Shown here piece after piece: positions 1-10,261 of a DNA stretch of 64,000 nt (its first letter is position 1; each line of letters starts with the position of its first letter). The notes beneath the pieces were generated by a model that was given only the letters and a program-made list of their open reading frames with translations, was not told the origin of the DNA and did no database searches. The position numbers and the translations under genes were made by a program. Source of the stretch: an uncultured Nitrospirales bacterium (GTDB taxonomy: Bacteria; Nitrospirota; Nitrospiria; Nitrospirales; UBA8639); assembly GCA_963785905.1 (NCBI GenBank), contig CAWAXJ010000025.1:7451-71450 (forward strand), written 5' to 3'.

Positions 1-476
1 AAAATCTCTTCCAGGGACGTTGCGGCAACTACATACAAATTGGGAGATTGAATATTCAGGCGATCCGCACGCATCTTGATTTGCTGGGGAGATTCCTCAC
101 CTGACACATACAACCCTATCTGTTCCGCGGTTCCCAGGGACGCCAATGTTTGTAGGAGAAGAGTCGTTTTGCCAATTCCAGGGTCACCCCCGATTAACAT
201 CACTGATCCCGGAACCACCCCTCCCCCAAGAACCCGGTTCAATTCCTCTATTCCGGCTTGAAGACGAAATTCCTGGGTATGCACAATGGAGCCAATTGGC
301 ATAGCCTCCGGCGTTCCACCGGCGACCCGTCGCTGTTGGGGTGTCGCAAGATCCCGATCGACCTCTTCTCGTAACGAATTCCATTGCGCACATTCTGGAC
401 ACCGTCCGCTCCATCGAACCCCTTGGTATCCACATTCCTGACACACAAAACGGGTTTTGGGACGAGCTGGCTTCAT
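1..476 (-). CDS. radA: DNA repair protein RadA/Sms, 5' part; runs off window edge; one frameshift near 420
   Basis: Manual translation: MKPARPKTRFVCQECGYQG/RWSGRCPECAQWNS (zinc finger), then ELNRVLGGGVVPGSVMLIGGDPGIGKTTLLLQ (Walker A) and LYVSGEES. The shift falls in a G run. Confidence 0.93.
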   Translation of the reverse strand, partial: MKPARPKTRFVCQECGYQGVRWSGRCPECAQWNSLREEVDRDLATPQQRRVAGGTPEAMPIGSIVHTQEFRLQAGIEELNRVLGGGVVPGSVMLIGGDPGIGKTTLLLQTLASLGTAEQIGLYVSGEESPQQIKMRADRLNIQSPNLYVVAATSLEEI

Positions 477-578
477 TGACTAATCCAGGACCATTTACTT
501 AGGTAGAATTCAAATTTCCGAACAGGGCGGACTAGGAGCCGGACCTTTCCAATGCCTGCCACCCGGCGGTCGATTATT

Positions 579-1445
579 TTATAGATGACGCCGGACACGG
601 GACCAATCATTCAGAACGATTGCCCTGCGTGGAAAGTGCTCCTGAATATTGGGAGGCGGCAATATAATCGTTTGTAAGCGATTTTGAACGAGGACTTCCG
701 CAAAAGCTGCCGTGCGTCCGATGCCTCCACTCACTTTTTCCCAACCTTCTGCTTTCAAATCGTGTAAGAGGTCCGTCAGGGCGGTAGAGGTGGGCGGAAG
801 CATTCTGATCATCCCGGGAGGAAATTGATGAGCACGCAACCAGTCCTGAAGGTCTTCGAGATGCCCTCGCCCGGTCAGGTCCAGATACACAAGGTTGTAA
901 TAAAACTCGGCCAGTTTGCCCAATTCTGCAGGCGCCGCGGAATGGGCGTCTCCCAAAATCAGTCCCTGGTCCTGTGAGGGTTCCGATGGCGACGCTTCCG
1001 CGCCAAACTCCCCTGCCACCAGCACAGCCAGATCAATGAGCAAAATGGGTCGGCGACGCTCCCAGGATAGCAAGACCCCTTTCCCCTCAATGGCTTCTGT
1101 CTTGGATTGGGTGACCACCTTTACGACAATTGGTAAATTCCCTCGCATGCTGGGTGCAAAATCAAGACGGGCCCACCCTTGCGCATCGGTGTTCGCCTGT
1201 CCCACCGTCCGGCCATGGACGAAGAATTCTAATGCCTGATCAGAAATGCCTAACTCTCCTTCCCCTTCGGGATGCGTCAAGCGGGCCTGCAATTGAATGC
1301 TCTTCCCTGGAGACGTTAACCCGTCTGTCACTGAAAGATCAGCCGTATGTGCCAAGGAGATATTCAAAACCATCAGGACCACCCAAAGACCGAGCGACCG
1401 ACCCAGCGTCTCAACCTTGGAATACCCACCGCGTCTACGTTTCAT
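579..1445 (-). CDS. Secreted/membrane-anchored hypothetical protein, Ig-like N-domain plus HAD/LNS2-like C-domain
   Basis: 288-aa ORF with hydrophobic N-terminus, beta-rich segment, then ILLIDL...LVYL...WLRAHQFPPG resembling a degenerate HAD/LNS2 fold. Confidence 0.55.
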   Translation of the reverse strand: MKRRRGGYSKVETLGRSLGLWVVLMVLNISLAHTADLSVTDGLTSPGKSIQLQARLTHPEGEGELGISDQALEFFVHGRTVGQANTDAQGWARLDFAPSMRGNLPIVVKVVTQSKTEAIEGKGVLLSWERRRPILLIDLAVLVAGEFGAEASPSEPSQDQGLILGDAHSAAPAELGKLAEFYYNLVYLDLTGRGHLEDLQDWLRAHQFPPGMIRMLPPTSTALTDLLHDLKAEGWEKVSGGIGRTAAFAEVLVQNRLQTIILPPPNIQEHFPRRAIVLNDWSRVRRHL

Positions 1446-1476
1446 CTTTCACTCTCTCCCTTCCGATGGACACAGT

Positions 1477-1716
1477 CTAAAACAGCCCTCTCCCTCGTTT
1501 ACCAAAGGCAAAGGCATCGAAGCCTGCCAGAATGGAAAATTGGAGATAGATTAACCACCCCGTCGACCAGAAAAACTTGGAAATGATCAATAGCAGGATT
1601 CCACACACTAAGAAAATATTCCCGCGTTTGACGCCTAAGTAGAGATGCCCCATCCCGGGTAAAATTGAGAGAGTGGCGGCCCCAAGCGCATGCATGGTTT
1701 TTTCACGGTTATCCAT
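1477..1716 (-). CDS. Small membrane protein (TM2-like PGxGHxYLG motif)
   Basis: LSILPGMGHLYLG and hydrophobic helices; likely start MDNREK. Confidence 0.6.
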   Translation of the reverse strand: MDNREKTMHALGAATLSILPGMGHLYLGVKRGNIFLVCGILLLIISKFFWSTGWLIYLQFSILAGFDAFAFGKRGRGLF

Positions 1717-1848
1717 GAGACTTCCTTTTGGCAAACCATACCATTCGCTCTCTAGGGAGTTCCAGAGATCGGAAAATCCTGTAATAAATGTATCTGTCAA
1801 CCCGCAGAAGAGAGAAAAATTGGAGAGGGTTTCGAATGATGAGGATGA

Positions 1849-2118
1849 TCAGCCCAGCTTCCGCTTTCGTAGTTCTTCCTCGTAGGTTTTTTGATAGAGC
1901 ACATCCCACTCCTGGGAACCCTCCGGAATTTGTCGAGCATAGGAATGCAACCGATTACGCACTTTTTGGACCAGATCCTCTTCGGTCTTCATGTGCTCAG
2001 CCAGAATTCGTTTCACTTCACGAAGCGCTTGAGCAGAATCGCCTATGATCTTGGCCTGAGGAATCCCTTGTAAACATTGAGAGAATGACATGCGCGAGAT
2101 GCGTCTGTTTTTCGTCAC
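1849..2118 (-). CDS. DUF507 family protein
   Basis: IPEGSQEWDVLYQKTYEEELRKR C-terminus typical of DUF507; true start uncertain. Confidence 0.7.
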   Translation of the reverse strand: MTKNRRISRMSFSQCLQGIPQAKIIGDSAQALREVKRILAEHMKTEEDLVQKVRNRLHSYARQIPEGSQEWDVLYQKTYEEELRKRKLG

Positions 2119-2183
2119 TCAAAATAGGAGTATTCATAGAATCCAGCGCGCGGGCGTTCCTCCACACTCTGCCGTCGTTCAGC

Positions 2184-2468
2184 CTACAAAATTATGCCGC
2201 GTTCCTTGATCAGTTTTTTCTTCACCATCGTAAACATTTTCTGATAGTCGGCACGACCTTCTGCAAATTCACGCTCAAATTGCTTCAGCATCTCCCGGAC
2301 CTCCGCATTCAACCGATCTTCTACCTGCAGTTCCGACATCACGGCGGATTCCAATTGCTGGACCACCACCTCAGGTTTCCCCTGAATCTGCAAGAGCCCG
2401 CCCGATGCTAATCGTTCAACGACGGATACGGCCATATGATGAACGCGAACTTTATTCAGTCGCATCAT
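2184..2468 (-). CDS. DUF507 family protein
   Basis: MRL...EDRLNAEVREML...DYQKMFTMVKKKLIKERGIIL. Confidence 0.8.
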   Translation of the reverse strand: MMRLNKVRVHHMAVSVVERLASGGLLQIQGKPEVVVQQLESAVMSELQVEDRLNAEVREMLKQFEREFAEGRADYQKMFTMVKKKLIKERGIIL

Positions 2469-2860
2469 GTTCCCTTGGGAAGCAGCTCAACTTTCATCAT
2501 GGACGCCCCCATCGCCTGCCTGAGCACTGTCGGATCATCTAAAACTTTTCCAATCACATTGACCCGATCAGCAGGAACGGGGTCATCGCCCAGGCTCATG
2601 GGAGTACGACCAAAAAAGACGGCCAACATTTCCCCCATACCCCAAAAAGCCACATCACCTACCTTCACTTGGGTGGTGGCAATCTCTCGATAATCTTTGA
2701 CCCCCGGTAGTTTGCAATAAAATTCTTCCCCCCATTGATTGATGGGCGCATGAATCGGTAGAGCCTCTAAAACAGCCTGTGCAGTTCGATTCGGCTTGAG
2801 TTGAGCAACCACCTGAATTCCGCCGATGGTAATTTTTATTTTCTGTGGACTGATTTCCAT
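2465..2860 (-). CDS. Cyclophilin-like fold protein (DUF369/TM1367-like)
   Basis: TAQAVLEALPI...WGEEFY...VKVGDVAFW...FFGRTP...VNVIGKV; ATGA overlap with the downstream DUF507 gene. Confidence 0.8.
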   Translation of the reverse strand: MEISPQKIKITIGGIQVVAQLKPNRTAQAVLEALPIHAPINQWGEEFYCKLPGVKDYREIATTQVKVGDVAFWGMGEMLAVFFGRTPMSLGDDPVPADRVNVIGKVLDDPTVLRQAMGASMMKVELLPKGT

Positions 2861-2971
2861 GAAATTCTCACTGAGATTTACCGTTCAACAAGAAAAGCTA
2901 CCGCTCACGAATGTAGCTTGTCCTCATGATGAAATCAAGGCTAGAATAGGTCAACCTGCCGATCCCGACCC

Positions 2972-3745
2972 ATGTTGCAATCTACCTTTCTTTTTTTACA
3001 AGGCATTGGGGAATCCACCGAACGCCTCTGGTGGGAGGAAGGACTTGACACATGGGAGGCGTTTCTGGAGAAACCAATCGCCCCCCGCATTTCCCCTTTT
3101 CGGAAAGTTCAATACGATACAGAAATCCAGGAAGCCAGCAATCAGTGGAAGGCGCATAATTCCCGGTTCTTTTCCCGAATACTGAAAGCTCGGGACCACT
3201 GGCGACTCTATCCTAACTTTCGTTCTCAGGCGGCCTTTCTCGATATTGAAACAAATGGTCTCCCGTTACCCGATGGCGAGATCACCCTCGTGGGTATTTA
3301 CGGAAAGGGTCGCATGACCACCCTTATTCACGGAGACACTTTATCCAACGAGCGTTTACAAGAGGAACTTGGTTCATACGATCTTATCGTGACGTTCTTT
3401 GGCTCGGGTTTTGACCTGCCATTTCTGAAAGCCAAATATCCCTCCCTGGTGCTCGATCAGCCTCATATCGATTTGTGTTTTGCAGCCAGACGATTAGGAT
3501 TAAAGGGTGGCCTCAAGGCGATTGAGGCGGAGATAGGCTGTTATCGACCGTCTGCCCTGGACGGTCTGACGGGCTGGGATGCCGTCCGTCTTTGGGAAGA
3601 ATGGCAACTCGGACAATCGGGCTCCGGGGATTTGCTCATCCAGTACAATGAAGCGGATTGTAAAAACCTGGAACCCCTGGCCGACCTCATTTACAATCGT
3701 CTGGTTCAGCGAAACGGGCTCCCTGAATACATTGCTTCTTTATGA
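2972..3745 (+). CDS. RNase H-like (YprB/RNase_H_2) exonuclease
   Basis: FLDIETNGL, TFFGSGFDLPFL, GGLKAIE and YNEAD form a DEDD-type motif set. Confidence 0.85.
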   Translation: MLQSTFLFLQGIGESTERLWWEEGLDTWEAFLEKPIAPRISPFRKVQYDTEIQEASNQWKAHNSRFFSRILKARDHWRLYPNFRSQAAFLDIETNGLPLPDGEITLVGIYGKGRMTTLIHGDTLSNERLQEELGSYDLIVTFFGSGFDLPFLKAKYPSLVLDQPHIDLCFAARRLGLKGGLKAIEAEIGCYRPSALDGLTGWDAVRLWEEWQLGQSGSGDLLIQYNEADCKNLEPLADLIYNRLVQRNGLPEYIASL

Positions 3746-4545
3746 AATCTGCACAGGGATCGGACAAATGGATTGGCGCCGGGCTGACGGATATCGGGCT
3801 GGTCAGAAAACTGAACCAGGATGCCTTTTCTCTTGATCACGCTCTCCAACTGTATGTGTTGGCAGATGGAATGGGCGGCCTTGCCGGGGGAGAAGTGGCA
3901 AGCCACATTGCGGTTGAAACCATTCCCCACATCGTTCGAACCCGACTTTCTAATGAAACGTCCGGGTACGTGCAATCAGACAGATTCGAATCGATTTTGT
4001 GCGAAGCCATTGAGGAAGCCAATCAGTCCATTCGAAAAGAAGCGGCACAAAATGAAATCATTAAAGGAATGGGCACGACTGTTGTTGTTGTGGCCGTCAC
4101 CTCCACTCCTACTGGATACCAGGCGAGTGTGGGCCATGCAGGAGACAGCCGCGCATATCTTTTCAGACACAACACGCTCACGCTCTGGACTAAAGATCAT
4201 TCGCTTGTCGAAGAACGGCTTGCATTAAACCTAATTACGCCAGAACAAATACGCACACATCCCCTCCGCCATGTAGTGACCAAAGCCCTGGGAATAGAGC
4301 CTCAGGTTCACCCCACCATTCAGACCTTCCCGCTGGAACTCTCCGATCTCATTCTGCTTTGTTCAGACGGGCTGACCAAAATGCTGACCGACCAGGAAAT
4401 TCAACCCATTGTGAGGCAAGAAGCCCCGCAACTCGAATCGATCTGCCACACACTCGTGACAACCGCTAACCGGTTAGGTGGAGAAGATAATACGACCGTC
4501 GTGGTGATTGGATTGAATTCAGACGAAACGCGGGTTAACCCCTAG
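3742..4545 (+). CDS. PP2C-type Ser/Thr protein phosphatase (Stp1/PrpC family)
   Basis: RKLNQD, ADGMGG, GMGTT, HAGDSRAY, CSDGL and GGEDN motifs. Confidence 0.93.
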   Translation: MKSAQGSDKWIGAGLTDIGLVRKLNQDAFSLDHALQLYVLADGMGGLAGGEVASHIAVETIPHIVRTRLSNETSGYVQSDRFESILCEAIEEANQSIRKEAAQNEIIKGMGTTVVVVAVTSTPTGYQASVGHAGDSRAYLFRHNTLTLWTKDHSLVEERLALNLITPEQIRTHPLRHVVTKALGIEPQVHPTIQTFPLELSDLILLCSDGLTKMLTDQEIQPIVRQEAPQLESICHTLVTTANRLGGEDNTTVVVIGLNSDETRVNP

Positions 4546-4681
4546 CGAGCAGCGAACAATACCATCTAAAAATGTGGTGAGCGGGTACCTTAACCTGAGC
4601 ATTGGTAATCCAAAGAGGATGCTCGAAAGACCCCTTCTTCTTCTGACCAATTCGTGAGCTTATTCAAAAACCGGTAAATAG

Positions 4682-5422
4682 TTAACGATGCGGTTTTCGA
4701 AACAGGGACGACCATCCAAAATAGCCAACCGCATCTTTCATATTTGAAAACCACCGTTGAGCCATACCTATCGAAGGATCTGTGACGTATTGGAGAGTGA
4801 GCACTATCCGCTCCTCTCCAACCCCAAGTGGCGTGACGGCATGATGCACGTTGTCTCCATTAAAAAAAATATACGTCCCCGGTTCAGTTGCTAATGATAA
4901 CTCTTGGACCTCTCGATCCGGTTCTTTTGTGTGCAGACGGCATACTAGGCGGCTGCTCGATTGATCCCGCAAGCCCAGTAAGACCGTAAACCGTTCGCCT
5001 TTATAATACGAAGTGTCATAATGATATCCGATATGATCTCCCGGATCGGTATAAAAATACAGCGCACAGGAATGGGGATCCTCTTCGGGACACAGAAGTA
5101 ACGGCACCCCCGCTATCTGGCTCAATAGGTTTATCCACCCCTGATGTTGATAGAAGGCGAGGATCAAGGGAGCAGATTTTTGCAGGAGGTAGAAGCTGAT
5201 ACTCCCACCCTTTTTATGACCTGGAATAAAGTTGCGATTGATCTGAGGCCGTATGCACTCCACTTCCTGCATGAATTCCTCGACAAGCTGAGTGGGGATC
5301 AGATGTTCCAAGGCGAGAAATCCCCCTTGCTCCCAATATTGGCGCGTCATCTCCTCAACATTGAGGGTCTGGAGCATTTCAGTTAGTTGTCGCTCAATGG
5401 CAGGCACCGCGGGATTAAGCAT
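4682..5422 (-). CDS. 2OG-Fe(II) oxygenase
   Basis: HYD...H(AVTP)...R(IVLTLQY) facial triad and 2OG-binding Arg. Confidence 0.8.
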   Translation of the reverse strand: MLNPAVPAIERQLTEMLQTLNVEEMTRQYWEQGGFLALEHLIPTQLVEEFMQEVECIRPQINRNFIPGHKKGGSISFYLLQKSAPLILAFYQHQGWINLLSQIAGVPLLLCPEEDPHSCALYFYTDPGDHIGYHYDTSYYKGERFTVLLGLRDQSSSRLVCRLHTKEPDREVQELSLATEPGTYIFFNGDNVHHAVTPLGVGEERIVLTLQYVTDPSIGMAQRWFSNMKDAVGYFGWSSLFRKPHR

Positions 5423-5663
5423 ATGACGTCTCCTTCATTCACCCCAGACGACCAAATTTCCTGACGTTGTATTTTTTGAAAGAAGCATGCGGCATCACTG
5501 TATCATGTCTTCCACCAAATCCTCACGGAGACTATCACATGCCGCTTATCACTTGACCCAATGGGCACTCCCGAATTATGGTGGCCGTTCACGTCAACAC
5601 AATTCCAGCCTCGTCTCGCCATTCATTCTACCCAATTAACATCACTCTTCTTGCCTTTCACCA

Positions 5664-6332
5664 ATGAGCCGACTCCCCCATAGAAATTTGATCCACGGAC
5701 AGGATTATTGGATCCAGGATCAAGCCTTATCCAATGCATTGGAGATCGCCCAACGATGCATCGCCAAAACGACTTGGACATTGGGATCTCCTTGGCGCCC
5801 CGAACCCTGGCCCGGCATGCGTGCGGCAGGAGCCTTGACCCCAGAAGAGCTCATTATAGTAGAAGACTATGTCACAACTCATTTACGCATCCCTACCCTT
5901 ATGCCTCAATCGGATAGCGAAGCCGGATTTTCTGGACACAATCATATTCAGATTTGCGGAGGGGCTGAAGGGGTGGCCCGGCCACATGTCGACTCAGCCC
6001 GTATTTGCAATTACGCCGCCGTTCTCTATCTCCATCCCAGCCCCCCAACAAGCCACTGTGGAACCTCCTTTTATCGGCTACATCTCCCTGGAGAACCACC
6101 TGACGGAAATTATTGCCCAAAAGAATTTGAAAGTCTCAGCGAAGTGCCCGGGTTGTCCCGAGAGATGGATCCCACCATGTTCGACGAAATCCTGGAGGTC
6201 CCGTATGTGTTTAACCGCCTGGTCGCCTACAAATCAGATCTCATTCATTCGGCCACCGGCTATTTCGGATGGGATCATGCCCTGGCTTCAAAGCGCATGG
6301 CTGCGGTGTTTTTTTGGAAAGCCGGATCTTAG
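5664..6332 (+). CDS. 2OG-Fe(II) oxygenase-like protein (DUF6445-like)
   Basis: PHVD...YAAVLYL...GTSFY...FNRLVAY...HS...R motifs. Confidence 0.75.
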   Translation: MSRLPHRNLIHGQDYWIQDQALSNALEIAQRCIAKTTWTLGSPWRPEPWPGMRAAGALTPEELIIVEDYVTTHLRIPTLMPQSDSEAGFSGHNHIQICGGAEGVARPHVDSARICNYAAVLYLHPSPPTSHCGTSFYRLHLPGEPPDGNYCPKEFESLSEVPGLSREMDPTMFDEILEVPYVFNRLVAYKSDLIHSATGYFGWDHALASKRMAAVFFWKAGS

Positions 6333-6412
6333 CCCTACTTGAGCTGAAGGGATGAAAATTCCATCCGTTTAGGAACGCGTCCTGGGATTCGACCAGAGTG
6401 TTCGAAGAAGTA

Positions 6413-8143
6413 TTAGGTCTTGGCAGACTTTCTTTTGAGTTTATTGATGCCGGCGCCTGCGTCGGACCTGCTTCCACGATCCAGCATTTCACCCGCAGTT
6501 TTTCTGATGGTTGGAGTCAGGGTACCTCCTCCAAGCATTCTGGCAATCTCGGATTCCCGTTTGACACCTGTGACTTCTTGCACACGTGTCAGCGTTCGAG
6601 TGTCGGTTGAGGATTTCTCTACTACAAATTGTACATGAGCCTGGGAGGCAATTTGCGGAAGATGGGTAATACAACAGACTTGATGAAATTGGGCCAATTG
6701 ACGTAAACGCGTCCCCATGACCATCCCGGCTTCCCCCCCTACTCCGCTGTCAATTTCATCAAAAATGACGACGGGAGTCTGATCGTTCCCCGCAAACACC
6801 GTCTTTAAAGCCAGCATCATTCGAGACAATTCCCCCCCCGATGCAATTCGGCCCAACGGTAGAAGCAGTTCTCCAGGATTAGGAGCCAGTAACAGGTCGA
6901 CACGATCCATTCCAGTCGACCCAAAGAGGTTGTCCGCATTTGCCGTTTCAATATTGACCTGAACCTCCATGGTCGCCATTTTGAGAGCGGCTAATTCCTG
7001 TTTGATCTCCTGCATGAGGTTCTTGGCAACTTTTTTCCGCCTAGCTGACAAGTCTTGCGCGACGGCTTTCATCATTTCATATCGCCTGGTCACTTCGGCT
7101 TGCCACTGAGCCACCTGTTCCTCACCGTGTTGAAGCAAAGCCAGGTCTTGCTCCAGAGTCCCTGTGAGTTCCACTAAATCTTCAATGGACTTTCCATATT
7201 TCTTTTTGAGCCGTTGAAGACCAGCCAGTCGATTATCAATGACTTCCATGCGTTCGGGATCATATTCCATTTGTGACCGGTAATCCCGAAGATTATCGGT
7301 CACCTCCCTCAACGCAATCGTGGCCGTTTCCAACCCCGGTCGCCATGATTCTCCTTGCGCATCGATTTGGGCAAGTTCATGAATCCACTGAGTCACCTCT
7401 CCCAGTTGATCCAGAACAGATCGTTCTCCTTCATATAATGCCGTAAAGGCTTGATTCGATAACTCTCCCAATCGCCCACTGTGTTGCAACCGATGATATT
7501 CCTGAGTGAGTGCCTCTTCTTCACCCGATTCCAAGTGCATTTTGACCAGCTCGTCATATTGATATTGAAGGATATCCTGGCGATTGGCTTGATCGCGTAG
7601 CTTCTGCAGGAATTCATCTAAGGCCGTCTTTTTCTCTACCCACTCCCGGTGCATTCCCTGATAGCGGGTCACAACCTCCTCGAGGTTTCCAAATGCATCC
7701 AGTAGCTTGAGCTGAGTTTTGGGCGAGAGCAAGGATTGCTGGTCATGTTGGCCATGAATGTCCACCAGCTGCTGACCGAGATCTTGAATCGTTTGAAGCG
7801 GCGCAAGTTGTCCATTCAGATAGCTGCGGTTCTTTCCGGACCGGGACAAGATCCGACGAACGATGATCTCCTGTTGGTCTGGTAAAAGAAAACCCTCCTG
7901 CTGCAACTTGGTTACGAGGGGATGAGTAGGCGAGAGGATAAAACAGGCTTCTAGGAGAGCTTCATCAGCGCCAAACCGAATATGTTCGGCAGCGGCTCGT
8001 CCGCCGGTCAGCAACACCAGTGCATCAATGAGAAGAGATTTTCCGGCCCCGGTTTCCCCCGTAAATACCAAAAATCCTGAGGGAAATTCCAGATGGAGGT
8101 GATCGATGAGGGCAAAATTGGAAATGCGCAGCTCGGTCAGCAT
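6413..8143 (-). CDS. recN: DNA repair protein RecN
   Basis: TGETGAGKS, IHGQHDQQ, ASGGELSR, FDEIDSG, ITHLPQIA. Confidence 0.97.
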   Translation of the reverse strand: MLTELRISNFALIDHLHLEFPSGFLVFTGETGAGKSLLIDALVLLTGGRAAAEHIRFGADEALLEACFILSPTHPLVTKLQQEGFLLPDQQEIIVRRILSRSGKNRSYLNGQLAPLQTIQDLGQQLVDIHGQHDQQSLLSPKTQLKLLDAFGNLEEVVTRYQGMHREWVEKKTALDEFLQKLRDQANRQDILQYQYDELVKMHLESGEEEALTQEYHRLQHSGRLGELSNQAFTALYEGERSVLDQLGEVTQWIHELAQIDAQGESWRPGLETATIALREVTDNLRDYRSQMEYDPERMEVIDNRLAGLQRLKKKYGKSIEDLVELTGTLEQDLALLQHGEEQVAQWQAEVTRRYEMMKAVAQDLSARRKKVAKNLMQEIKQELAALKMATMEVQVNIETANADNLFGSTGMDRVDLLLAPNPGELLLPLGRIASGGELSRMMLALKTVFAGNDQTPVVIFDEIDSGVGGEAGMVMGTRLRQLAQFHQVCCITHLPQIASQAHVQFVVEKSSTDTRTLTRVQEVTGVKRESEIARMLGGGTLTPTIRKTAGEMLDRGSRSDAGAGINKLKRKSAKT

Positions 8144-8168
8144 AACACCGAGTCATCCGTCCCTCTAA

Positions 8169-8516
8169 TCAGGCGGTGGTAGAAGATTGAGCCAGCAGCG
8201 AATCAATGATTTGTTTAAATTGTTGCTTCGGCCTTGCCCCAACAATTTTTTCTACGACTTGGCCATCCTTAAAAAAGAGAATACTGGGGATACTCATAAT
8301 TTGATATTGCCCGGCAACTTCCGGGGCTTCATCGGTGTTCAGTTTCATAACCTTCAGCTTACCTCGGTATTCCTGCGCAAGTTCATCGACGATTGGGGCC
8401 ACCATTTGACAGGGTCCACACCAGACTGCCCAGAAATCCACCATCACCACTTCCGGGGATTTCAGTACTTCCCCATCCCAATTGGTTGCATCCGCTTTGG
8501 CCACTAAATCAGACAC
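8169..8516 (-). CDS. trxA: Thioredoxin
   Basis: DFWAVWCGPC active site. Confidence 0.96.
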   Translation of the reverse strand: MSDLVAKADATNWDGEVLKSPEVVMVDFWAVWCGPCQMVAPIVDELAQEYRGKLKVMKLNTDEAPEVAGQYQIMSIPSILFFKDGQVVEKIVGARPKQQFKQIIDSLLAQSSTTA

Positions 8517-8564
8517 TGACTGCCTCCTTGGAAAAATAGAACTAAATGGCTAGACTGTGCAGGC

Positions 8565-8594
8565 ATCCTAAAACCGCTCTTGGGGACCTGTCAA
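8565..8594 (-). promoter_or_regulatory. Putative sigma70 promoter for trxA-recN
   Basis: TTGACA-N18-TAGGAT on the minus strand. Confidence 0.5.
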
Positions 8595-8683
8595 CTGATT
8601 CATGCGGTCAGGACTGGTGTGGAATGGCAGAATTTCATTCACACTTGATTGCAGCCTTTCCCCTACAAATCAAAGAACAGGAT

Positions 8684-9280
8684 TTACCACGTCCACACAT
8701 CAGGCACACCTGCCCACCATGAATCAGGCTTGGCTTCGCGCCAAAGGGTTTGTTGGGCCCACAATTCATCCGTCCGCATCCGATTCAACCGATTGGCCAT
8801 CGCCGCCGTCACATCAAATTGTTGGCGAATGCCTTCATGAATGAGTTCCTGCGCCATACGAGGCATCACATTGGGGGGATCAATAAGATCAATTATTTCC
8901 CGTGCAGTCAGATTCAAGGCCAATTGTTCCACCTTAACATAATCTTCCTGCTTGACCAGTGCGCCTAAATATCCATCAATCGTCTGGTAGACATACGCCA
9001 AATATACATACGCTTCAACGGATGGATTAAGGTCAATATTTCGCTGGCAAGCCTCGACCGCCCGACGGTAATCTCCCGCCATCAAATAGACTTTTGCGCG
9101 CGCGAGGCGTTCACTGGTTTTTGCGGAAATCTGGTCTGACTGTGCCCAACTATTGGAAATCTGTACCCCCAAAATAAGAATAGTTCCCGCAGTTAGACAG
9201 ATCACTAACTCCCACAGCTTCTCCTTTACCAATGAAGCCTTCATGGTCTCCCTCCGGCACAAATACGGTTCAAGGTACAT
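8684..9280 (-). CDS. Secreted TPR-containing hypothetical protein
   Basis: Signal-like hydrophobic stretch, then ARAKVYLMAGDYRRAVEACQRNIDLNPSVEAYVYLAYVY (TPR). Confidence 0.7.
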   Translation of the reverse strand: MYLEPYLCRRETMKASLVKEKLWELVICLTAGTILILGVQISNSWAQSDQISAKTSERLARAKVYLMAGDYRRAVEACQRNIDLNPSVEAYVYLAYVYQTIDGYLGALVKQEDYVKVEQLALNLTAREIIDLIDPPNVMPRMAQELIHEGIRQQFDVTAAMANRLNRMRTDELWAQQTLWREAKPDSWWAGVPDVWTW

Positions 9281-9566
9281 GATTCTCTAGGAATTTTAGG
9301 TATCTCGTCATGCTGTCATTTCCGTCTGAAGATTTTTGTGCGAATTGTCGGATTTTTTATCACCATAAGATTCTCGAAAACTCCATTTTTTCAGTCACTT
9401 TGCCTTACGGTCGGCTTCCGTCTACTCCCTTTTGTTCCCGAACAACGACAGCCATGCATTATGAGGCCTGTTTGGCAGGTCGAAATGCAAAATCCTGTTC
9501 ACAAATCTTCCCTCTAAAACTCAAGACTCCCATAAACGCCTGTCAATGAACAATCCAGAACGTATT

Positions 9567-9581
9567 TGGCACACCCATTGC
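9567..9581 (+). promoter_or_regulatory. Sigma54 (-24/-12) promoter
   Basis: TGGCAC-ACCCA-TTGC is an exact TGGCAC-N5-TTGC match, 75-110 bp upstream of the hydrolase start. Confidence 0.7.
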
Positions 9582-9655
9582 GAACGACATATACCCAGGA
9601 TGCTCTTGAATAGATTGTTATTTGCACACAACTCAAAAACTTAGGAGCGAAAAAA

Positions 9656-10261
9656 ATGAACGCCGCCACTACCAAAAGCAAACGAAACCCAATGGAACGC
9701 AACACCTCATTTTATTATATTACCATTATCATCGGGGTGGGGACCCTGTCCTTATGCCTACTCCCTATCGTTCCCGCCCCAGCCAATTCGGCTGATGTCG
9801 CTTTCATTCTTTCGTCTTCTACCCCTCGCTCACCATTTCCTCCCGGTATAAACCACACCAAAGAAACCATCCACAGTGACGATACGTTAGCCGCCCTAAC
9901 AATCTACTTAGAAGCCCGTGGAGAAAGTTTTGCAGGAAAGCTGGCTGTCGCTGCAGTCATTCGCAATAGAATGAATTTCAAATACCATAGCGATGGCACA
10001 GTAAAAGACACGGTCCTTCGTCCCAAACAGTTCGAACCGTGGATAGGTCGCCACCCGGAGGACGTGAGATTTGATCCAACCAATCGGAAGATGCTGGATT
10101 GTTTATTAGCCTGGAATCTTGTTCAAGATGGGCGGAATATCGTGGATGGAGCGGTGTTGTTTTACAATCCCCAACTCGTCAAGACACCGCGGTGGGCGCA
10201 GGTCAATCGTAAAGTGGCAACAATTGGCGGGCACGAATTTTTCAACAAGCACACCATTTAG
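9656..10261 (+). CDS. SleB/CwlJ-like cell wall hydrolase (Hydrolase_2)
   Basis: LTIYLEARGES..GKLAVAAVIRNR...QFEPW...GAVLFYNP...IGGHEFF; N-terminal TM/signal. Start may be 9692. Confidence 0.9.
   Translation: MNAATTKSKRNPMERNTSFYYITIIIGVGTLSLCLLPIVPAPANSADVAFILSSSTPRSPFPPGINHTKETIHSDDTLAALTIYLEARGESFAGKLAVAAVIRNRMNFKYHSDGTVKDTVLRPKQFEPWIGRHPEDVRFDPTNRKMLDCLLAWNLVQDGRNIVDGAVLFYNPQLVKTPRWAQVNRKVATIGGHEFFNKHTI

Noticed and set aside
4615-4640. Possible fourth MITE end (AGGATGCTCGAAAGACCC)
   Set aside because: Too short and degenerate, with no partner TIR or internal core.
4682-5422. BesD-like radical halogenase
   Set aside because: The motif is HxD (HYD), not the HxG/A of halogenases.
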